The translations under genes were made by a program, and so were the position numbers. Shown in pieces: positions 40,378 through 52,669 of a DNA stretch of 64,000 nt (position 1 is its first letter; each line of letters starts with the position of its first letter). The DNA is from an uncultured Chloroflexia bacterium (lineage in GTDB: Bacteria > Chloroflexota > Limnocylindria > Limnocylindrales > CSP1-4). The notes beneath the pieces are model-generated. The model searched no databases and was not told where the DNA came from. It saw nothing but the letters and a program-made list of their open reading frames with translations. The stretch is from the NCBI GenBank assembly GCA_963809215.1, contig CAWEIJ010000002.1, positions 1,326,224-1,390,223 on the forward strand. The letters run 5' to 3'.

Positions 40378-42865
40378 TCAGTCGGCGCCGGTCGTCGGCC
40401 GCCTGGCCGGCGCGACCCGTCGCGGCGGGCCGGCGCCGGGTCGCGCCCGCTGCAGACGGGCGCCGCGGGGCAGCGCTGCCCGCTGCCGCGCTCCGGCCGC
40501 GGCCCGCGGCCCCTCCGGGCCGGCGTCCTCCGCGGCCGCCCGGCCGCGCGAGCGCTGCTGGATCGGGCGGTCCACCGGCAAGGGTCGTGCCGGGAACGGG
40601 AACCGCCCCGCCGGGGAGCGGCACGCTCGCCCCGCACTTCAGACAGAGGCCGGCCTCGTCATCTCGACGCGCGACCGGCCCCCCGTCGGCGTCATGGATG
40701 GCGCCGAGCGGCTCGTGCGAGGTTGTCAGGTCACACTTCGGATACCGGGAGCAGCCCCAGAACACCGAGCCTGTCCGGCGCGCGCGGCGCGCCACGAGGT
40801 GGCCTTCGCCACAGCGCGGACACGTCACCTCGAACGGAAGCTGGTCCGGCGGTGGCGGGCCATCCTTCCGGATGTAGGAGCAGTCCGGATAGCGATTGCA
40901 GCCCACGAACGGCCCGAACCGGCCGCGCTTGACCGCGAGCACCCCGCCGTCGGTCGCGCCGCAGGTCGGGCACGGCTCGCCCGCGCCGGGCATCGCCGGG
41001 AGGTCGGGCTCCTCGCCGGGAAGCGGCCTCGACTCCTTGTGCTCGGGGTACAGCGAGCAGGCGAGGAACCGTCCGTTTCGGCCGAGCCGGATCACCATCG
41101 GGTGACCCAGCGAGCAGACCTCGTCGGTCGACTCGGTCGTGAAGTCCTTCCGGCGGAGCTCCTTGCGCTTCTCGTCCACGAGCGTCCGGAGCGGTGCGTA
41201 GAACTCCCGGAGGAGGGGCACCCAGGCGCGCTCCCCCCGCGCGATCTCGTCGAGCTCTTCCTCCATGCGAGCCGTGAACGCGAAGTCCACGTAGCGCCCG
41301 AAGTGCTCGACGAGAAGGTCGGTCACGATCTCGGCGACGGGCTCGGGGTAGAGCCGGCGCTCCCGGATCGTGATGTAGCCGCGGTCGACGATCGTCGAGA
41401 GCGTCGCCGCATAGGTGGAGGGACGGCCCACCCCGAGCTCTTCGAGCGCCTTCACGAGCGACGCCTCGGTGAAGCGCGGCGGCGGCTCCGTGAAGTGCTG
41501 CGTGGGCGCGACCTCCGCAACGGTTGTCGGGTCGCCCTCGGCCAGCGCGGGAAGCGTCCGCTCGGCTTCCTCGTCGCCCTCGTCGCGGCCCTCCGTGTAC
41601 ACCCGGCTGAAGCCGTCGAAGAGGGTGCGGGTCGCCGATGCGCGCAGGTCGTATCCGCGGTCCGCGAGGTCGACCGTGGTTGTCTCCAGCTGCTTCTCGG
41701 TCATCTGGCTCGCCAGCGCGCGCTGCCAGATCAGGCGGTACAGGCGCGCCTCGTCACGGCCCAGCGAGCCCGCGAGCGCCTCCGGGTCGCGCGCGAACGA
41801 CGTGGGCCGGACCGCCTCGTGGGCCTCCTGGGCGTTGCGTGACGTCGTCCGGTAGCGGCGGCCCTTCGCGACGACGTACGCGCGACCGTACCGCGCGTCG
41901 ATGACCGCGCGCGCCTCGACCAGCGCCTGGTCCGAGAGCGCGACGGAATCCGTCCGCATATAGGTGATGAGCCCGACCTGGCCGTCGGGCGTCTCGACGC
42001 CCTCGTAGAGGCGCTGGGCGACCGACATCGTCCGCTTCGGGCTGAAGCCGAGCTTGCGGCTCGCCTCCTGCTGGAGGGTCGAGGTCGTGAATGGCGGCGC
42101 GGGGCTCCGCTTCGAGGTCCTCACCGCGACGGCCCGGACCACGGGTCGGCTCGCCCGCAGCGCCTCGGCATGGCGGCGCGCCGTCTCGGCGTCCTCGATC
42201 ACCGGCTTGTGGCCCGCGATCCGCACGAGCTCGGCGGCGAAGGGCGTCCCGTCCGGCGCGAGCAGCGTCGCCTCGATCGTCCAGTACTCGCGGGCGACGA
42301 ACGCCCGGATCTCGCGTTCGCGCTCCACCACGAGGCGGACCGCCACCGACTGGACGCGGCCCGCCGAAAGGCCGGAACGGACCTTCCGCGAGATGAGCGG
42401 GCTCAGCGTGTAGCCGACGAGCCGGTCGACGATCCGGCGCGTCTGCTGGGCGTCGACGAGGTCGACGTTGATCGCCCGCGGCGCTGCGAAGGCCGCGCGG
42501 ATGGCGGGCTCCGTGATCTCGCTGAACGTGACGCGGCTCGTTCGGTCGGAGGGAAGGTGCGCCGCCTCCGCGACGTGCCAGGCGATCGCCTCGCCCTCCC
42601 GGTCGAGGTCCGTGGCGAGGAAGATGTGGTCCGCCCGGCGGCCCGCCTTCTCGATCGCGGAGACCTGTCGGCGCCGGTCCGGGGAGATCTCGTAGTCGGG
42701 CGCGAAGTCGTGCTCCACGTCCACGCCCAGCTGGCCCTTGCCGGGGTTCTCCGGCAGGTCGCGGACGTGGCCGTACGAGGCGAGGACGGTGTACCCGGGC
42801 CCCAGGTAACGTTCGATCGTCTTCGCCTTCGCGGGCGACTCGACGATCACGAGGTTGTCGGTCAT
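40378..42865 (-). CDS. topA: DNA topoisomerase I with C-terminal Zn ribbons (probable 1-nt indel in the low-complexity tail near 40400)
   Basis: [40 protein letters not shown] (catalytic Tyr), AQEAHEA, GRPSTYA, C4 ribbons. The likely stop TGA 40378 is one frame off and lies 7 nt before xerC. Confidence 0.93.
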
Positions 42866-42959
42866 GGCGAGCGAGTCTAGCACCGGCCCCTGACCGCCCG
42901 ATCACGCAGCGCCTCGGCGCCTGGCGCCCGACCCTGCGGAGACCGGCGAGAGACGCCGG

Positions 42960-43271
42960 TCAGAGCTCGCGGACCCTGCGCAGGAAGTCCTCGTCGACCT
43001 CCAGGTCGGGCTCCGGCTCCGCGAGCTGGATCGACAGGATGGGCTCGACCGATTCGGAGGCGGCCGCCGCGACGGGGAGCTCCACGAACCGGATGTGGGT
43101 GTACGGGAACACGAACGTGGAGCTCTCGCGCTCCGCGAAGAGCGGACGCGTCCGGCTCATCGTCCGCAGGTTCGTGCCGATGAGGACCGTGTCGCCCGGG
43201 CCCGGCGCCTCGAACAGGTCGATGAGCAGGGGCTGCTCGTTGATCAGGTGGAGCACCGCGTCGCGGATCAC
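42960..43271 (-). CDS. Small hypothetical protein (103 aa)
   Basis: VLHLINEQPLLIDL...TNLRT...FVFPYTHIRFVEL plus an acidic tail EDFLRRVREL. GTG overlaps the stop of the Ig/CAP gene. Confidence 0.75.
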   Translation of the reverse strand: MIRDAVLHLINEQPLLIDLFEAPGPGDTVLIGTNLRTMSRTRPLFAERESSTFVFPYTHIRFVELPVAAAASESVEPILSIQLAEPEPDLEVDEDFLRRVREL

Positions 43272-44994
43272 GGGTGGTAGAAGTCGATGACGATCCGGAT
43301 CTGCCCGCCGGAGATCCAGACGCCGATCCCGACCCGGTCGTAGGCGGGGTTCATCATGTTGACGTAGTGCCCGCCGGGCGGGCTCCACGCGCCCTCCGAC
43401 TGGAAGTACAGCTGGGTTCCGAGCGCGGACGCGTTCGCGCTGGAGGCCGACAGGCAGCCGAGGTTCTCGCCCCATCGGTAGCTGGTGTAGCCCGCGCGGC
43501 GCAGACGGTCGCCCGGGGTTCCGCCGTCGAAGTGGCTGCAGACCCCGCTGCCCGCCAGCAGCTTCGCGTACGGCCGGGAGACAGCGGCGCTGATCGCTTC
43601 GTCGAGGACCAGGGGCGCGACCCCGCTGCCGCCCGGGCTCGAGCACGCGCCCGACGAGGTCACGATCCCGCCGCCGCGCGTGCAGTTCATGAGGCTCAGG
43701 TAGTAGCGCTCGGCCGCGGCCCAGCGGAGCCGCTGCCCGTCGAGCCGCTGCCCGACGACGGTGGAGCGGGCCTTGGCGTCGGCTTCGCCGTCGGGGTGGC
43801 GGGGACGAGCGCGGGCTTCGTCCCCGGCTTCGGCGTCGGCGTCGGCCTCGCGGTCGGCCGGGAGGTGGGCGGCGGGGTTGCCGCGGGCTTCGCGAGGGTC
43901 GTGAAGCTCGCGGTGATCGGGCCCGAGATGGGTGCGCCATCGGCGCCGGTGGCACCGCCCGTCACCGACATCACGACGTCGGTGCTCCACGGCAACGGGT
44001 CGCGCGTGTTGAAGATCAACACCGTGTCGTCCTCGGCCCAGTGGTAGTCGCCGGCAAGCGTCTTCCCCCCGGTCGAGACCACGAACGCCCGCTGCGTGGT
44101 CGCCCGGTCCATCGGGCGCGTGAAGCGAACCGAGATGTCCGCGTCGCGCGCCACGTCCTCGGTTCCCGCGCGCGGGCGGAAACGGACCACCGTGGGCGTC
44201 ACGATCGTCTGCACGATGAGGGGCGAGATCGGGGCGATCCGCGCCCCCTCCGCGTCGACGAGCCCGGCCGCGATCGAGACCGTGTAGCGGGTGCCCGAGG
44301 CGAGGCCGTCCGCGGGGATGAAGGTGAGCCGCTCCGTCGGGCCGACGGCGCTCTCGGCCTGGAGGTCGCCCGGCGTGGGCGGGTCGATGCGGAAGGCGGC
44401 TCGGGCGGCAGCCGCGTCGACCGGGCGGTCGAACGCGACGAGGAACGCCGTGTCCGGCGAAACCCTACCGTCGGGGAGCGCGGCCGTGGCGACGATCCGG
44501 GCGCCGGTGGGGCCCCGCGTGTAGAAGGCGGTCCTGAGCGGGTCGGCGAGCGCGACCCCGCCCGCGCTTCGCGCCGAGGACCCGATCGTCAGCGTGTAGT
44601 ACGTCTCGGGCGCCCACCCGTCCCGGGAGCTCACCAGCAGGCGGCGGCCGCCGTCGAGCCAGGCGAGCGTGAGCGGTGTCGGAGGGTCGACGCTGACCGC
44701 GGCTGCCACGCTCGCCTCATCCATCGGCGTCAGGAATTCGAAGGTGACCGCTCCGTCGAGCGCCTGGCGCGACTCGACGTCCGGGCCGAAGCGCTCGGCC
44801 GCGACCGGGCCGGCGATCGCGGGCGGAAGCGCCGCTGCCTCGCGGGGCAGCGCCCCGACCGCGGCGACCAGCACCAGCACGCCCGCGCCCGCCGCGAGCC
44901 CTGCCCGGATCGCGACGCCGCGCCGGCGAACAACCGGGAGGTAGAGCGCCAGCACCACGGGAACGGCCAGGATCGCGGCCGCGATCTTCCGCAA
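43268..44994 (-). CDS. Membrane-anchored Ig-like (Big_5-type) repeat protein with a C-terminal CAP/SCP domain (1-nt deletion near 43724)
   Basis: TTG start with a GAGGAG RBS, two N-terminal hydrophobic helices, three repeats of F..P(M/V)D...Y.., a Pro/Thr linker, then CAP motifs SHFDG, DRLRRAGY, WGENLG, GHYVNMMNP.YDRVGIG in the shifted frame. Confidence 0.82.
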
Positions 44995-45163
44995 TAGACG
45001 CTCCTCGCTGGTTGACCCGCGCCGTGCAGGCGTCGTGCCCCGCTCGATCAGCCCCCGCGATCGGCTCGCACCATACCACCGGCCGGCGACGCGCGGCAAC
45101 ACGTGCCGAACCTTCTCGTCCCGCGCCCGGCCCCGTCCTCCGCCGCTCCAGGGCAGGGTCTGC

Positions 45164-46624
45164 TCAGGAGCTCGCGGCGACCGTGGACGTGACGCCCGAC
45201 GGGTGCGCGCGCCGGCGGCGCGGCGTGGTCGCCGCCAGGGCGCCGGCCGGCGCGTACCGTCCGAGCGCGGCAACGACCAGCTCCCGTTCCTCGAGGCGCG
45301 TGAGGACGGCGAGGACGGTCGCGGGGGCGAACCCGGTCGCGTCCATCAGCTCCTCGAGCGTCGCCGCGCGGGGCAGGATCGCCCTGGCGACGGCGGCCTC
45401 GGCCGCGCCGAGGCCGGCGAGGATCGCGTCGGGATCAGGTCCGACCGCGCGCCCGCCGCGGAGCCAGCGACGGTCCGGTGCGCTCCGGGGGGCGGTGCCC
45501 GCCAGACCGAGGTCCTCGAGCAGCTCGGCAACGCTCGGCACGGCGCGTGCCTGGCCCGGGTACATCCTGAGCAACCGGTTGCAGCCCAGGCTCTGCTCGG
45601 AATCCAGCGGCCCGGGCACGACGAAGCACTCGCGCCCCTGCTCGAGCGCCCAGCTCGCGGTGATGAGGGCGCCGCTCCGCTCGCCGGCCTCGACGATGAC
45701 GGTCGCGTCGGCGAGGCCGCTGACCACGCGGTTGCGACGGGGAAACGTGCCGGGGACCGGACCGACATCGGGAGCGAGCTCGGAGATCACGGCGCCGCCG
45801 CCGGCCACGATCTCGTCCGCGAGGTGTCCATGCGCCCGCGGATAGAGCCGCTGGTGACCCGACCCGAGGACCGCGACGGTTCGCCCGCCACTGGCCACGG
45901 CGGCAGCGTGCGCCGCGCCGTCGATGCCGACCGCGAGGCCCGAGACCACCACGGCGCCCGCCGTCGCGACCGCGCCGCCGATGGCGCCGGCGATGCGGCG
46001 CCCTTGCTCGGTGGCCCGCCGCGTTCCCACGATGGCAACGCACCGGCTCGCATCGAGCGCAGCGAGATCACCACGGACGAACAGCACGGGCGGCGGCAGG
46101 TCCAGGAGGCGGAGGCGTCCCGGGTAGTCCGACGACTCCAGGGTGAGGACCTGGATGCCGAGTGCGCGCACCCGCGCGACCAGGACCGGCGCCGCCATCG
46201 CCGCGTCGGCGATGGCGCGCCCGAGCGCGGCGTCGAGGCGGCCCCCTCGGCGCGTCACCGCCTCGGCCAGGCGCCGCGGCCCGGCCGGGCCGGCGGCCGT
46301 CTCGAGCACGGCCCGGCCGCTGCCGAGCGCACCCAGCAGCGCGGCGAGTGTCGCCGGCCCGATTCCGTCCACGGCCACGAGCACCGCCCACGCGTCGACC
46401 TCGTCGAACGACAAGCCGCCGGGCGCGGGCCCCGATGACCGCGAAGGCACCGGAAGCGCGGACGTGGGAGGACGGGTTGCCAGGGACCCGCCACCCGGAG
46501 TGACGGCACCGAAGGAGCGCCCGGCGCCCTCCGTGCCGGACCCGCTGGCGTGGTCGAGGCATTCTCCCGGCCCTCCACGGCCGTGCCACTCGCCGCGCGC
46601 CCCGTCCCGGCCGACACCCAGCAT
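45164..46624 (-). CDS. dprA: DNA-processing protein DprA
   Basis: PPVLFVRG, VAIVGTR, VVSGLAVGIDGAAH, FPRRNRVVSGL, VEAGERSGALITA, C-terminal winged helix. Start uncertain. Confidence 0.93.
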   Translation of the reverse strand: MLGVGRDGARGEWHGRGGPGECLDHASGSGTEGAGRSFGAVTPGGGSLATRPPTSALPVPSRSSGPAPGGLSFDEVDAWAVLVAVDGIGPATLAALLGALGSGRAVLETAAGPAGPRRLAEAVTRRGGRLDAALGRAIADAAMAAPVLVARVRALGIQVLTLESSDYPGRLRLLDLPPPVLFVRGDLAALDASRCVAIVGTRRATEQGRRIAGAIGGAVATAGAVVVSGLAVGIDGAAHAAAVASGGRTVAVLGSGHQRLYPRAHGHLADEIVAGGGAVISELAPDVGPVPGTFPRRNRVVSGLADATVIVEAGERSGALITASWALEQGRECFVVPGPLDSEQSLGCNRLLRMYPGQARAVPSVAELLEDLGLAGTAPRSAPDRRWLRGGRAVGPDPDAILAGLGAAEAAVARAILPRAATLEELMDATGFAPATVLAVLTRLEERELVVAALGRYAPAGALAATTPRRRRAHPSGVTSTVAASS

Positions 46625-46625
46625 G

Positions 46626-48196
46626 TCAGCCTGCACGCGAGCTTGTCGCGGCCGTGGCCGGAACCCGATACCGGGCGGCCTCCTCGAGGTGCTGGACCTG
46701 CACTTGCTCCGCCAGGTCGAGGTCGGCGATGGTGCGAGCGACCCGGAGCAGGCGCTCCGTGGCGCGCGCCGTCAGGCCGCCCGCGTCGGCCAGTCGGATG
46801 GCCGCTCGCTCCGAAGCCATGTCGAGCCCGCACGCGGCCCGAAGCGCCCTGCCGGAGAGGCGCCCCGCGAGGCGTCCCCTCCCGGCCACCTGGCGCGCCC
46901 GGACCCCCGCGATGCGAGCCGCGACCGGGCGTGGACGCCTCCCCGTCGCCTCGGGCCAGGAGCGCCGCGGGCGCGACGCGCGGCAGGCAGACCCAGAGGT
47001 CGAGCCGATCCCGGAACGGGCCCGAGATCCGCGCCGCGTACCGGTCCGGGAGCCCGGGCGGGCACGTGCAGCGGCCGGACGGGTCACCCGCCCACCCGCA
47101 CGGGCACGGGTTCATGGCGGCGACGAGCTGGAAGCGGGCCGGCATGACCGACGGCTCCGCCCGGCCCGCGCGATGGCGACGCGGCCCTCCTCGAGCGGCT
47201 GGCGCAGCGCCTCGCGCGCACGTCCGGTCGAACTCGGGCAGCTCGTCGAGGAAGAGCACGCCGTGGTGGGCGCGCGTCACCTCGCCCGGCGCCAGGCGCG
47301 GCCCGCCGCCGACGAGCGCCGCGTAGGACGCCGTGTGGTGCGGAGCCCGGAACGGCGGCGCTCCGCACGAGGCCTCGGACCGGCCCCTCGCCCGCCACCG
47401 AGGCGATGACCGTCGCCTCGTGCGCCTCGTCCGGATCGAGCGGCGGGAGCAGCCCCGGGATCGTCCGCGCCAGCAGCGTCTTGCCCGAGCCGGGCGGCGC
47501 CGATCATCAGCAGCGCGTGGCCGCCGGCGAGCGCGATCTCGAGCGCGCGGCGCGCCTCGGCCTGGCCGCGGACGTCCGCGAGGTCCGGCCAGGCGTCGCT
47601 CCTCGGAGCGGCGTCGGCAGCGGCCGGCTCGGCCACGTCCGGGATCAGCTCCGCGCGCGTCATGGGCCGCGTGGCCGCGCACGCGCCTGCCGCGGACGAG
47701 CGTCGACGGCCTCGGCCGAGCGACGCAGCCGGCAGCGACCTCGATCCCGGGGACGAGGCGGGCCTCGTCGAGCGCGTCCGCCGGGCACGACGACGCGCCC
47801 GGCCCCGCGCCGGGCGAGCGCCGCGATCATGGGCAGCAGGCCCGGCACGGGCCGGATCTCGCCGCCGAGCGCCGAGCTCGCCGAGCAGCGCCCAGCGGCC
47901 GAACGGCCGGACCTGCTCGGAGCCGACGAGGATCGCGATCGCGATCCCGAGATCCAGCGGCGGAGCCGGCCTTCGGGACGTCCGCCGGGGCGAGGTTCAC
48001 CGTGATGCGGCGTGGCGGGTGGACGAAGCCGGCGTTTCGGAGCGCACCGCGGACCCGCTCGCGGGCCTCGCGCAGGGCCGCGTCCGCGAGGCCGACGATC
48101 GTGAACCCGGGCAGGCCCGGGCGCCACGTCGACCTCGACGCGGACTGGGCGGCCCTCGAGGCCGCGAAGCGTGGCGGCGAGGACCGTGGCGAGCAT
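46626..48196 (-). CDS. comM: ComM/YifB Mg-chelatase-like AAA+ ATPase (multiple frameshifts, probably sequencing errors)
   Basis: Fragments across frames: [98 protein letters not shown]. Adjacent to dprA. Confidence 0.88.
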
Positions 48197-48310
48197 GCCC
48201 CAACCGTACGGGCGGCGCTCACCCGGCGGCCACTCGCCCTTCACCGGCACTTACCGCCGGCGCGCCGGCGCGTCATCGCCGCGTCGAACGCGACCCGGCG
48301 GCTGCCCGAC

Positions 48311-49500
48311 TCAGCGCGCCGGCACGACCACGGCGGTCGCCGTGCCAGCGGCGCGAGGCTGCTTCGTCGATCGCCCGCGCGAAGTCATGGAACGATCGCG
48401 CCCAGCGGCGAGTCGGCCTTCGTGAACATGACCGGCGCGCCCGGAGTTCAGCGCGCTGATCGCGCCCCGGTACTCGTTGATGATCTGGTGGTCGATCGTG
48501 CGCTTCAGGGCGCCCTCGGCGTTCTTCGACGTTGATGCCCGTGAACGCGTTCGAGCGGTTGAGGACCAGCTTGACCCGCTCGTCCGTCGTAGCCGATGTG
48601 GCCGAGCGTCTCGAGGACCAGGCGCACGTTCTTGAGGCACGAGAGGTCCGCGGTCATGACGACGAAGAGCGCGTCCGCCGCGTCGAAGATCGCCGAGGTT
48701 CGAGGTCGTCGAGGCGCTTGTCGACGTCGACGACGACGTAGTCGTAGAGGCCGCGGAGGACCTCGAGGATCTGGGCGAGGTGCTCCTTCGTGACGAGCTC
48801 GGCCGTCTCGGGCGACGGGCGGCGCGAGGAGCAGGTCGATCCCCGAGTCGTGCTTGACGAGCGACACTGCGGAGGAGGTCGGCGTCGATCGACGGCGCGG
48901 TGACGACGTCGACGATGCTCTTGCGGTCCAGGCCGAGGTCCAGGAAGACCCGGTGGTCGCCGAACTGGAGGTTGGCGTCGACGAGGCAGACCTTGCGGCC
49001 CAGCTCGCGGTGGAGCGCGATCGCGGTGTTGATCGCGATCGTCGTCGTCCCCACGCCACCCTTGGCGCCGTAGAACGCGAGGACGCGGCCGAGCGGCGGC
49101 CGGCCGACGAGCATGTCGTCGGGGCGCGAACCGCGCCAGCAGGCTCTTGATCCGGGCCAGGAGCTCGGCCGGGTGGAAGGGCTTGACCAGGTAGTCGTCC
49201 GCGCCGGCCCGCAGGCCGCGGATCTTCTGCTCGACCTCGCTCTCGGCGGTGAGCATGATGATCGGGACGTGGCCCGCGGCGCCCTCCTCGGCGCGGATCT
49301 TGCGCGGCGACCTGGTAGCCGTCGAGCTTCGGGAGCATGACGTCGAGCAGGATGAGGGCAGGCGGATCCTGCGCCCAGAGCTTGAAGCCCTCGGCGCCGT
49401 CGCCCGCCACGACGACGTCGTAGCCCTCCTGCTTGAGCGTGAAGCTCAGGAGGCGCTGGACGTTCGGGTCGTCGTCGACGACGAGGATCTTGGCGGACAT
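48311..49500 (-). CDS. Response-regulator receiver fused to a CpaE/TadZ-like MinD/ParA ATPase (frameshifted)
   Basis: [31 protein letters not shown], then [28 protein letters not shown]. Confidence 0.82.
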
Positions 49501-49627
49501 CCGACCTTCCTGGTTCACCGCGTGCGCCGGGGCGCGATCATCCCCTTGACCGCTCGACCACGGCCCACCCGTGGCCGATCATAGCGGACCGCCACCGCCG
49601 GGATCCCGCGGTTCTCGATCACGCGGC

Positions 49628-50557
49628 TCAGCCCGGCCCTCCGACAGGGTGCGTCGGCGGGGTGCCGGTCACGGCGCCCGACGCCAGGCCTGCCCCGAGC
49701 GTGAGCGCGAGTGGCTCGAGGAACCGGGTGAACTCGGTCGGGATGACGAACTTCGTGGACGGGCTCGCGCCGAGCGCCTTGAGCGCCTCGAGGTACTGGA
49801 GCGGCATCGTCTTCTGGTCGATGCCGGCTGCGGCTGCGAAGATCCGCTCCAGCGCCTGGCTGAAGCCCTCGGCGTCGCAGGATCGCGCGCCTGGCGCTCG
49901 CCCTCGGCGTCGAGGATCTCGGCCTGCTTCTCGCCCTCGGCGACGTTGATCGCCGACTGGCGCGTGCCCTCCGACTCGGTGATGACGGCGCGCCGGGTCC
50001 GCTCGGCGGACAGCTGCCGGTTCATCGCGTCCTGGACGTCGCGCGGCGGGCGTGATCTCGCGGATCTCGACCGTCGTGACCTTGCCGCCCCAGCGCTCGG
50101 TCACCTCGTCGAGCTTGACGCGCAGGACCTCGTTGATCTGCTCGCGCTGGGACAGGACCTCGTCGAGGAGGATGTCGCCGATGACCGCGCGCAGGGTCGT
50201 CGTCGCGACGCCCTGGAGGGCGCCCGCGAAGTTGGCGACGTTGACGACGCTCTTGAGCGGGTCGACGATCCGCCAGTAGATCAGGAAGTCGACGTTGATC
50301 GGCGCGTTGTCCTTGGTGATCGTGGTCTGGCTGGGGACCTCGATGAACTGCTCGCGCACGTCGACCTTCACCGGCCGGTCGATGATCGGGATCAGGAACC
50401 GGAGGCCCGGGCCGCGGACCAGCGCCTCGTTCGTCTTGCCCAGCCGGAAGACCACCATCTTCTCGTACTGCTGCACGACCCGGACGGACAGGTAGAGGAG
50501 CAGCAGGACGAGGATGAGGACGGCCACCAGGATCGCGAACAGGACGGCGACTTCCAC
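49628..50557 (-). CDS. SPFH/Band 7 (stomatin-like) protein (compensating internal frameshifts)
   Basis: N-terminal [52 protein letters not shown]. Confidence 0.9.
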   Translation of the reverse strand: MEVAVLFAILVAVLILVLLLLYLSVRVVQQYEKMVVFRLGKTNEALVRGPGLRFLIPIIDRPVKVDVREQFIEVPSQTTITKDNAPINVDFLIYWRIVDPLKSVVNVANFAGALQGVATTTLRAVIGDILLDEVLSQREQINEVLRVKLDEVTERWGGKVTTVEIREITPAARRPGRDEPAAVRRADPARRHHRVGGHAPVGDQRRRGREAGRDPRRRGRAPGARSCDAEGFSQALERIFAAAAGIDQKTMPLQYLEALKALGASPSTKFVIPTEFTRFLEPLALTLGAGLASGAVTGTPPTHPVGGPG

Positions 50558-50584
50558 GCGGGCGCTCCTTTCGAGCTGCGCGGA

Positions 50585-51952
50585 TCAGGCTGGTCGAGCC
50601 GGCGCTCGACCGGCTCGAAACGTACAGCGTCAGCCCCTCCTGCCGGACGACCTCGAACGCGAGCGCCGCGCGGCGAGCGGCAGCCCGTCGGCGCTGCGGG
50701 CGGTCCACTCCTCGCCGACCGCGTGCACCGTGCCGAGCGGGTCGATCTCGGTCGACGACCACGGCCGCCCTCGCCGGCGACCCGGAGGTCGCCCACGAGC
50801 ACCGGGCTCGAGCGCATCCGGCGGATCCGGTACGCGGCGAACGACGATCAGCGCACCGAACGCCGGCGGTCAGGACCACCATCACGACGATGACGGGCAG
50901 CGCGACCTCCACGCCGGGCACGCTGGGGGCGCCGGGCTCGCCGTAGAGGGCCGCCGCCCCGAGCGCGACGCAGACGGCCGCCGCGATCGCGAGCAGGCCG
51001 TGGCTGGTGACGTGGGTCTCGAGCACGAACGAGGACGAGGCCGAGCCCGATCGAGCAGCAGGCCGGCGACGTTGAGCGGCAGGTCCCGAAGCCGATGAAG
51101 GCGAGGAGGAGCGACAGCGCGCCCAGGATCCCGGTCGACGATGTTCGGGCTCTGCGAGCTCGAAGAGCGAGGCCGTAGGATGCCGGCGACGAACAGGATG
51201 AAGGCGATGTTCGGGTCCGCGAGGAGGCGCAGGAGCGCCTGGAACGGGTTCAGCTCGACCACCTCGGTCGCCGCGCCCGCGAGGGCAAGCGTGACCTGCC
51301 GGCCACCCGCGACGGTGACCGTCCTCCCGTTCGCAGCGGCGAGCACGTCCGCCTCGGTCGCCGCGATGCCGTCGACGCCGCCGGCCGCGACCGCCTCCGA
51401 GGCCGAGTAGCTCGTGGCGTCGCTGACGGTCGAGACGGCCCACGCCACGGGCCGGCCGCGCGCCTGGGCGATGGCCGAGATGTTGGCGATCGCGTCGTTC
51501 TTGACCTTCACGCCGAGCGTGCCCGGGATGTCCTCGCCGCTGCTGTCGATCGGGCTCGCGGCGCCGATGTTCGTGCCGGGCGCCATGAACGCGAGGTTCG
51601 CGGCGAGCGTGATGAACGTGCCGGCGCTCGCGGCCCGGCCGCCGGCGGGCGCGACCCAGACGATCACCGGCACCGGCGACTCCAGGAACGTGCTCGTGAT
51701 CTGCTGCATCGCGTCGAGGCTCCCGCCGGGCGTGTTGAGCTCGACGATCACCGCCGGGGCGCCCTCGCGCTCGGCTCGCGCGATCCCGTCGGCGAGGTAC
51801 TGGGCCATGACCCCGTCGACATCGCCGGTCGTGGGCAGGACCACGACGGCGGGCGTCGCGGCCCGGGTCGGGCCGGCGAACCCGGCGAGCGCGACCACCA
51901 GCACTCCCGCCACGAGCGGGATGGAGCGGGCCAGGAGGATCGGTCGGCGCAT
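50585..51952 (-). CDS. nfeD: NfeD family membrane-bound serine protease (frameshifted; 3' end approximate)
   Basis: Signal peptide, LNTPGG, VWVAPAGGRAASAGTFI, MAPGTNIGAASPI, DPNIAFIL TM region, C-terminal OB fragment (GEEWTA). Paired with the SPFH gene. Confidence 0.85.
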
Positions 51953-52022
51953 CAGGAATGGGCTCGGGCCAAGTATGCACCCGCGGCTCGTCGCGGGCCG
52001 GGGACCGTGCCGGCGAGCGCGG

Positions 52023-52668
52023 TCACGACGTGAGCGGCAGCTCGTCGCCTGCGCCGGGCGTCCCGCCGCGGATGCCGGGTTCCCGGCCGCTCACGTGATC
52101 GAAGACGAGCTGGCTCCACGTCTCCATCCGCTCGTGGACGGCCAGCACGTCCCGCGGTGTGGCGAAGCGACCCTCGAGCTTGTCCGTCTCGCGGACCGCG
52201 ACCGGCCGGCCGTCCGCCTCGGCCGCGAAGACGACACCCACGTGGACGCGGCCGACCTCCGTCGTGTCGTCGTTGAGCAGGCCCGACGAGGCGGAAGTCG
52301 GGCACGAAGGCTGCCTCGAGCTCCTCCGCCCACTCGCGCGCAAGGCCGCCGGCCAGGCTCGCGTCGCCCGGGTTGAGGTGGCCGCCCACCCCGATCGAGA
52401 ACCGATCGTGGAGGCGCGCGTCGGCGCCCGCCCGGGTGCGCCGCATGAGGAAGTAGCGTTCCCGATCGCGCAGGACGAGGTACGGGATGACCTGCTTGTA
52501 GCGCGGATCCGACCTCCATCTCGGCACGCGGAGCGAAGCGCCCCTCCGCGCTCGATGACGGCGAGGTACGGCTCCGCGCCCCGATCGATGACGCCTCGCC
52601 AGCCCGCCGGGCCCATCAGCGCGGCGCGCGGCACGACGAGGACCGACTCGCCCGAGCCGTTCGCCCAC
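52023..52668 (-). CDS. Predicted NUDIX-family phosphoesterase (frameshifted)
   Basis: VLVVPR, DPRYKQVIPY, ARLHDRFSIGVGGHLNP, GLAREWAEE, LLNDDTTEVGRVHVG, METWSQ. Confidence 0.8.
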
Positions 52669-52669
52669 G

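Noticed and set aside
37925-42883. 1652-aa giant TopA ORF
   Set aside because: After the Zn ribbons it is low-complexity read-through across xerC and murJ in the wrong frame. One indel near 40400 gives a normal stop at 40378.
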